From sequence record SRR20825010_4140: 32,317 nt of DNA; one strand, written 5' to 3'. The position numbers and the translations under genes are program-made. The notes under the pieces were generated by a model. That model saw only the letters and a list, made by a program, of their open reading frames with translations, did not search any database and was not told the origin of the DNA. This document shows, one piece after another, positions 27,520-32,317 of this stretch. The first letter of the stretch is position 1. The number at the start of each line of letters is the position of its first letter.

Positions 27520-28128
27520 TTGGACCCGACCCTGGAAAGCCCGGAATTCATTGAACGCCTGCGCCAGGGAGACCGGGCAGCCTTTGGCCAACTGGTTAAA
27601 GGCCACCACAACATGTTGCTGGCCACGGCCCGCACCATGCTGTCAGCAGCTGATGCTGAAGAAGCCGTGCAGGATGGCTGGATCGCCGCCCACCGCGCTA
27701 TCGGCAAGTTCGAAGGTCGCAGCCTGCTGCGCACCTGGCTTACCCGCATCGTCATCAACCAGGCACGGATGATGCTGCGCAAAGGCGGCCGGGAAATTCA
27801 GTTTGACCCCACCGATGAGCAAGATGCCCTGGCCCACCGCTTTCGTGACGGCGGGCACTGGGACCACCCGCCACAGCACTGGGACCTGAGCGGCCCGGAT
27901 GCCCTGCTCACCCGCGACGAGCTACGCCACTGCATGGAAAAGACCCTGGGAAAAATGCCGGACAATCAGCGCCTGGTGCTGGAACTGCGAGACCTGCAAG
28001 GCATGGATTTCGACGATATCTGTAACATGCTGGACGTGAGCGCATCCAATGTTCGAGTGCTGTTACACCGTGCCCGCGCACGACTGTTTGAATTGGTGGA
28101 CCATTTTCAGGAGACAGGCGAATGTTGA
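27520..28128 (+). CDS. ECF RNA polymerase sigma factor
   Basis: TTG start with GGAG RBS. DAEEAVQD, FEGRSLLRTWLTRIVIN, FRDGGHW linker, region 4 VSASNVRVLLHRAR. Confidence 0.9.
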   Translation: MDPTLESPEFIERLRQGDRAAFGQLVKGHHNMLLATARTMLSAADAEEAVQDGWIAAHRAIGKFEGRSLLRTWLTRIVINQARMMLRKGGREIQFDPTDEQDALAHRFRDGGHWDHPPQHWDLSGPDALLTRDELRHCMEKTLGKMPDNQRLVLELRDLQGMDFDDICNMLDVSASNVRVLLHRARARLFELVDHFQETGEC

Positions 28129-28355
28129 AGTGCAAACACGTCGTCGTAAAAGCTGACGCCCTCGTGGACGGCGCCCCGCTGACCAGGCGGGAGCGCTTTG
28201 CCCTGCGCCTGCACCTGCTGATGTGCCACCACTGTCGTCGTTATGTGCGCCAGTTACGTGCGCTGCTGAACACGCTACCCCGCAACCCGGATAGCCTCGA
28301 TGATGCTCGTACCCGGGAAATTCTGGACAAGCTCAACGCCCCACAGGAACGCTGA
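28122..28355 (+). CDS. Cytoplasmic zinc-binding anti-sigma factor (zf-HC2/ZAS)
   Basis: N-terminal Cys and HLLMCHHC (HxxxCxxC). No TM segment. Overlaps the sigma stop codon. Confidence 0.88.
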   Translation: MLKCKHVVVKADALVDGAPLTRRERFALRLHLLMCHHCRRYVRQLRALLNTLPRNPDSLDDARTREILDKLNAPQER

Positions 28356-28429
28356 CACGCTGTCGAGGTCCCTGTAACAGTGATTGCAATCGCCATTGCG
28401 GCGTCTCAACCCCAACCCTCAGGCTGATT

Positions 28430-28837
28430 ATGGAACGCAAACTCGCTCTCTCATTGTTATTGTTACGGCTCGGTGTCTTTATCGTCATGCTGATGTGGAC
28501 CCTGGACAAATTCATCAATCCCGGCCACACCAGCAAGATTTTCGCCAAATTTTATGGAATGGAAGGGCTCGAAGGCTCCGTCCTCACCATACTGGCCTGC
28601 CTGCAACTTATCGTCGTATTAGCCTTTGCTGCCGGCGCCCTGCGTCGCTACAGCTACGGCATCATCCTGCTCATGCATGCCGGCTCCACCTTCTCTTCCT
28701 GGCAGCAATACCTGGACCCGTTCAATCACCTGCTGTTCTTCGCCGCTTGGCCCATGCTGGCCGCCTGCGTTGCTCTGTATGTGCTGCGCGATCAGGACAC
28801 CCTGCTCAGCATTGATGGCCGCAAAAGCAAAGCATAA
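28430..28837 (+). CDS. DoxX-like membrane protein
   Basis: 135 aa, about 4 TM segments, LLLLRLG...DKFINP pattern typical of the DoxX family. Confidence 0.65.
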   Translation: MERKLALSLLLLRLGVFIVMLMWTLDKFINPGHTSKIFAKFYGMEGLEGSVLTILACLQLIVVLAFAAGALRRYSYGIILLMHAGSTFSSWQQYLDPFNHLLFFAAWPMLAACVALYVLRDQDTLLSIDGRKSKA

Positions 28838-28846
28838 AGGCACGCA

Positions 28847-28875
28847 CCTCTGCGCAGGCTAATACTGCGCAGAGG
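28847..28875. terminator. Hairpin between convergent doxX-like gene and pstB
   Basis: CCTCTGCGCAG / CTGCGCAGAGG 11-bp stem, no clear U-tract. Confidence 0.4.
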
Positions 28876-28917
28876 CAATATGCGGCGAAAGCCTTTCATG
28901 CAAGCGAGGTTCAGAGA

Positions 28918-29700
28918 TTAGCCTGCCTCCCCCGCACAATAAGCCGCGGTAATCGGGTGCGCAGGATTCTCGAAGACCTGTTCGCAGCCGTTGGACTCCA
29001 CCACACAACCACACTGCCCCTCCAGCCAACAGACCGTCACGCTATCCGCCAGACGCCGGGCCTGGGCCAGATTGTGGGTCACCATCAGGATCGTATAGCG
29101 CCCTTTCAGCGAACGAATCAACGCCTCAACCACCCGGGAGGAAACCGGATCCAGCGCGGAACAAGGCTCATCCAGCAACAACACTTGCGGCTCCAGCACC
29201 AGGGCCCGGGCAATACATAATCGCTGCTGCTGCCCACCGGACAACCCCAACGCTGGCTGGGAAAGTCGCTCCTTCACCTCTTCCCACAGCCCAACATCGC
29301 GCAGCGCCTGTTCGGCACGGGCACGTCGCTGGCCCCGGGGAACCCGGTGCTCCGCCAACGGAAACAGCAAGTTGTCGATAATAGATAGCGGAAAGGGATT
29401 GGGCTGCTGAAACACCATGCCCACCTGCCGACGCAACACAGTCAGGTCGTGGCGTTGCCGAACATCCTCCCCATCAAGCCATATTCGGCCGCCCACCCGA
29501 CAGCCGCTGACCCCATCGCTCATGCGATTAATGGACCCAAGAAGACTGCTCTTGCCGCAGCCACTGGGGCCCACCAGGGCCATCAACTCACCCGGCTGCA
29601 CCTGCAAGGACGCATCACTGATCGCCACTTGCTCGCCATAAGTGACAGACACGGATTCCAGCACCAGCGACGGCGCCCGGTGCGTTCGTTGCTCACTCAT
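28918..29700 (-). CDS. pstB: Phosphate ABC transporter ATP-binding protein
   Basis: GPSGCGKS, VGMVFQQPNPFPLSI, LSGGQQQRLCIARAL, DEPCSALDP, VTHNLAQARR. Confidence 0.9.
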   Translation of the reverse strand: MSEQRTHRAPSLVLESVSVTYGEQVAISDASLQVQPGELMALVGPSGCGKSSLLGSINRMSDGVSGCRVGGRIWLDGEDVRQRHDLTVLRRQVGMVFQQPNPFPLSIIDNLLFPLAEHRVPRGQRRARAEQALRDVGLWEEVKERLSQPALGLSGGQQQRLCIARALVLEPQVLLLDEPCSALDPVSSRVVEALIRSLKGRYTILMVTHNLAQARRLADSVTVCWLEGQCGCVVESNGCEQVFENPAHPITAAYCAGEAG

Positions 29701-29710
29701 AGCCGCTCAC

Positions 29711-30538
29711 TCATACCAAAGCCTCTGTCATGGGCTGGCGCAGCACTCGCCGCACCAACAGATTCAGCACTACCAACAGGGCCACCAACACCACTGCTGT
29801 GGCCGCTGCCCGTGGCATGCCACCGGGCACATTCATGGCCAGATCGTAAATATGCACACTCAGGGTTCGCCCGGAATCAAACAGGGAGTCAGGACGGCGC
29901 AGCACGTAGCCGGCGGTAAACAACAGCACCGCCGTTTCCGCCAGCGCCCGCCCGGCACTGAGAATAATGCCCACCGCAATACCCGGCGCCGCGCAGGGCA
30001 GCAAAATCCGGCGCACCCAGCCCCAACGGCTCAGCGCCAGCGCATCCCGGGCCTGGCGATACCCCATTGGCACCGCACGCATGGCCTGTTCGGCACTGCG
30101 AATCATCAGCGGCAAGACCATTAGCGACAGGGCCAGGGCACCACTGAGAATGGAAAAACCCAACCCCAGCGTAATGGCAAAAAACTGGTAGCCGAACAAT
30201 CCGTAGACGACCGAAGGCACCGCCGCCAACATGTCCAGCACCCCACCCAGCCATTGCGCGCGGCGGCTATCCGCCGGCAGCGATTCGCTCAAATACAGCG
30301 CGCAGCCAAGGCCCACCGGCACGGCTACCAGCAGACACAAGGCCAGAATCCACCCGGTGCTGATCAACAGCGCAGCAATACCGCCACTGCGACCGGCCCG
30401 GCCCGGGTCCTCCAACAGAAACCCCATACTCAGCACATCGGCACTTTGCTGCCAGAGCGCCATCACCATCAACGCCACCGGCACCATCACCAGTGCAAGT
30501 AACACCCAACCGGTCAGCCAGGCCATACGATCAGCCAT
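29711..30538 (-). CDS. pstA: Phosphate ABC transporter permease PstA
   Basis: ALYLSE, LAAVPSVVYGLFG, GRALAETA, RTLSVHIY. Confidence 0.88.
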   Translation of the reverse strand: MADRMAWLTGWVLLALVMVPVALMVMALWQQSADVLSMGFLLEDPGRAGRSGGIAALLISTGWILALCLLVAVPVGLGCALYLSESLPADSRRAQWLGGVLDMLAAVPSVVYGLFGYQFFAITLGLGFSILSGALALSLMVLPLMIRSAEQAMRAVPMGYRQARDALALSRWGWVRRILLPCAAPGIAVGIILSAGRALAETAVLLFTAGYVLRRPDSLFDSGRTLSVHIYDLAMNVPGGMPRAAATAVVLVALLVVLNLLVRRVLRQPMTEALV

Positions 30539-31394
30539 GGGAGACTCCTCGCAATCGCCAACTGGCCATCAATAACAGCCCGGTCACGGCAATCAGCAGC
30601 AAGCCACTGGCAAACAGCGCCACGCGGTGGTCACCAGTGGCGTAAGCCATCTCCAGCGCGATATTGGCGGTCAATGTGCGCACCGGGGCAAATACCGAAT
30701 CCGGCCATTGCACCACATTGCCACACACCATCAGCACCGCCATGGTTTCCCCCAGCGCCCGCCCGAACTGCAACACCACACCGCCCACAATCCCGGGCGC
30801 CGCGCGGGGCAACAGCACCCGCCGCAGCATCCCCACCCGGGACAACGCCAACGCCTCACCGGCGCGCTGATAGCGCAACGGTAACTGCCCAAGCGCTGCG
30901 TCCGTCACCAACAACGCCAACGGCACAATCATCAGCGCCAGCACCAGCGAACCGGCCAACCAGGAAGCCCCAGGCGGTACCCACTGATTGATCCAGGGCA
31001 CCAGCACCAACATGCCCCACAGCCCATACACCACAGAGGGGATACCTGCCATCAGCTCCACACCGGCCAGCACCGGGCGGCGCAGCCGAGGCGCAAAATA
31101 GCGCAGCCAGGCGGCCAGCAAGACCGCCACCGGAGCTGCCAGCACCAATGCCAGCACACTGACGAAAAGCGACCCGGCAATCATCGGCGCCATTCCGTAT
31201 TCGCCCTGCCCAGGCTGCCAGGTGCTTTGCCATATCCCCGCGCCTTCATTGATCAGAAACGGCAATGCCCGCACCAGTAGCACCACCACAATACCGCCGA
31301 GCACCAGTGCCGCCAGCAACCCGCACAGGCGCAGCGCCAGCCCCAGCAGGCGATCACTCAGCGGCAGGGAGGAAGTAGTAATCATGGTAGACAT
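30531..31394 (-). CDS. pstC: Phosphate ABC transporter permease PstC
   Basis: ELMAGIPSVVYGLWG, GRALGETMAVLMVCGN, RTLTANIALEM. Start is 31394 or 31385, overlapping pstS. Confidence 0.9.
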   Translation of the reverse strand: MSTMITTSSLPLSDRLLGLALRLCGLLAALVLGGIVVVLLVRALPFLINEGAGIWQSTWQPGQGEYGMAPMIAGSLFVSVLALVLAAPVAVLLAAWLRYFAPRLRRPVLAGVELMAGIPSVVYGLWGMLVLVPWINQWVPPGASWLAGSLVLALMIVPLALLVTDAALGQLPLRYQRAGEALALSRVGMLRRVLLPRAAPGIVGGVVLQFGRALGETMAVLMVCGNVVQWPDSVFAPVRTLTANIALEMAYATGDHRVALFASGLLLIAVTGLLLMASWRLRGVSHG

Positions 31395-32163
31395 CCGCCA
31401 TGTCTGTACGGGTTACAAAGGCCAGAAAGTCGGCCACCGGTTGCGATATCTCGCCATGGGTCACAAGATTCAACTCGCGGACCAGGGGGTAACCTCCCTG
31501 CGCCAGTGCGTCCAGGGACGCAGGCTTTCCTTCCAGCGGCAGCAACCGGATAGCCGTGCCATTGTCGGCTTCATAAATCGCGGTGCCGATGGACACATAG
31601 CCAATGGCAAAAGGATCCCCCGCCACCGCCTTGATGCCCTGCTGATTTTCGCCAATCACCCGGTCCGGCCGGACCTGGCCGTTTTCCAGTTGAAAGTGGG
31701 CGAGGAAAAGCTCCTGGGTGGATCGCCCCTGCGCCTTGTGAACAACGGTAATGGGCCTGCCTTCGGTTGATCCAGCGTCCCAGCGCTGCACCTTGCCGGT
31801 GTAGATGGCGCGAATCTGCTCATCATTGAGAGCCAGTACCGGATTGTCGCGATGAACGATAATCGCAATACCATCGCGCCCGATCAGGTGCCCATCCAGA
31901 TCCTGTTCATCTACTTTCAGCGCGCGGCTCACCATGCCCAGATCCGCCAGCCCCTGGCGAACATCGCCAATACCCCGCCCGGACCCGCCACTCTGCACAT
32001 CCACCTGCACGCCGGTTTCAGTTTCATAGCGTTCCGCCAACTCCGCCATCAGCGGCGCAATCGTGCTGGAACCGGTAACGGTTAACGTACTGCCAGACTC
32101 TCCGCACCCCACCAGAAAGAGCACAATCACAGCCCCTCCCAACCACCTCAATACAAACTGCAC
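31354..32163 (-). CDS. pstS: Phosphate ABC transporter substrate-binding lipoprotein
   Basis: GTG start with AAGGAG RBS. Lipobox LVGC. TGSST, SGGSGRG, DLGMVSR, DGIAIIVH, AIGYVS, YPLVREL. Confidence 0.88.
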   Translation of the reverse strand: MQFVLRWLGGAVIVLFLVGCGESGSTLTVTGSSTIAPLMAELAERYETETGVQVDVQSGGSGRGIGDVRQGLADLGMVSRALKVDEQDLDGHLIGRDGIAIIVHRDNPVLALNDEQIRAIYTGKVQRWDAGSTEGRPITVVHKAQGRSTQELFLAHFQLENGQVRPDRVIGENQQGIKAVAGDPFAIGYVSIGTAIYEADNGTAIRLLPLEGKPASLDALAQGGYPLVRELNLVTHGEISQPVADFLAFVTRTDMADVYHDYYFLPAAE

Positions 32164-32288
32164 GGCTTTCTCCTTCCTGGCTGCCCGCTGTCTTCACGTT
32201 ACCCGCGGCACTTTGATGCAACACTCATGGAACTATTACATTGATGAGCGTCTTATTGGTCTCATTACTCCCAAGCACACGAAAGATT

Positions 32289-32317
32289 TGTAGTGGTCAA
32301 CTAATTCCGGACAGTGA
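32289..32317 (-). mobile_element. Probable right inverted repeat and transposase C-terminus of an IS3-family element (IS911/IS222-like), truncated by the window edge
   Basis: TGTAGTGGTCAACTAATTCCGGACA begins with TG and resembles, from memory, IS911/IS222-type ends. The minus strand reads S-L-S-G-I-S-stop inside the IR and carries an outward-facing TTGACC -35 box. Confidence 0.6.

Noticed and set aside
32244-32270. Fur box upstream of pstS
   Set aside because: The alignment I tried gave only about 10 of 19 matches.

Overview
GC-rich gammaproteobacterial chromosomal segment. Protein style and gene order suggest Alcanivorax or a close relative; this is inference, not a database result. From left to right: (1) a minus-strand acetate-uptake and sensing cluster made of a DUF4212 small membrane protein, an ActP-like sodium:solute symporter, a cNMP-CBS-DUF294 nucleotidyltransferase, a DEDDh exonuclease, a small membrane ORF and a CrbS/MxtR-type SLC5-STAC hybrid kinase, with a CrbR-type GAC-N4-GTC site upstream; (2) an MBL-fold hydrolase, dusC and a porin; (3) xseB-ispA-dxs; (4) a membrane diguanylate cyclase; (5) glyA-nrdR-ribD-ribC-ribB(X)-ribH-nusB-thiL-pgpA; (6) ettA, a PilZ protein, an ECF sigma with ZAS anti-sigma, and a DoxX-like protein; (7) a compact pstSCAB without phoU; (8) the probable right end of an IS3-family element at the window edge. 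No rRNA, tRNA or CRISPR was seen. Two signals stand out. First, about 8 arrays of 7-bp tandem repeats start at or just after stop codons, often paired with an inverted partner array near the next RBS and sometimes enclosing a terminator. Second, the nucleotidyltransferase and exonuclease sitting between actP and crbS may form a writer/eraser pair.
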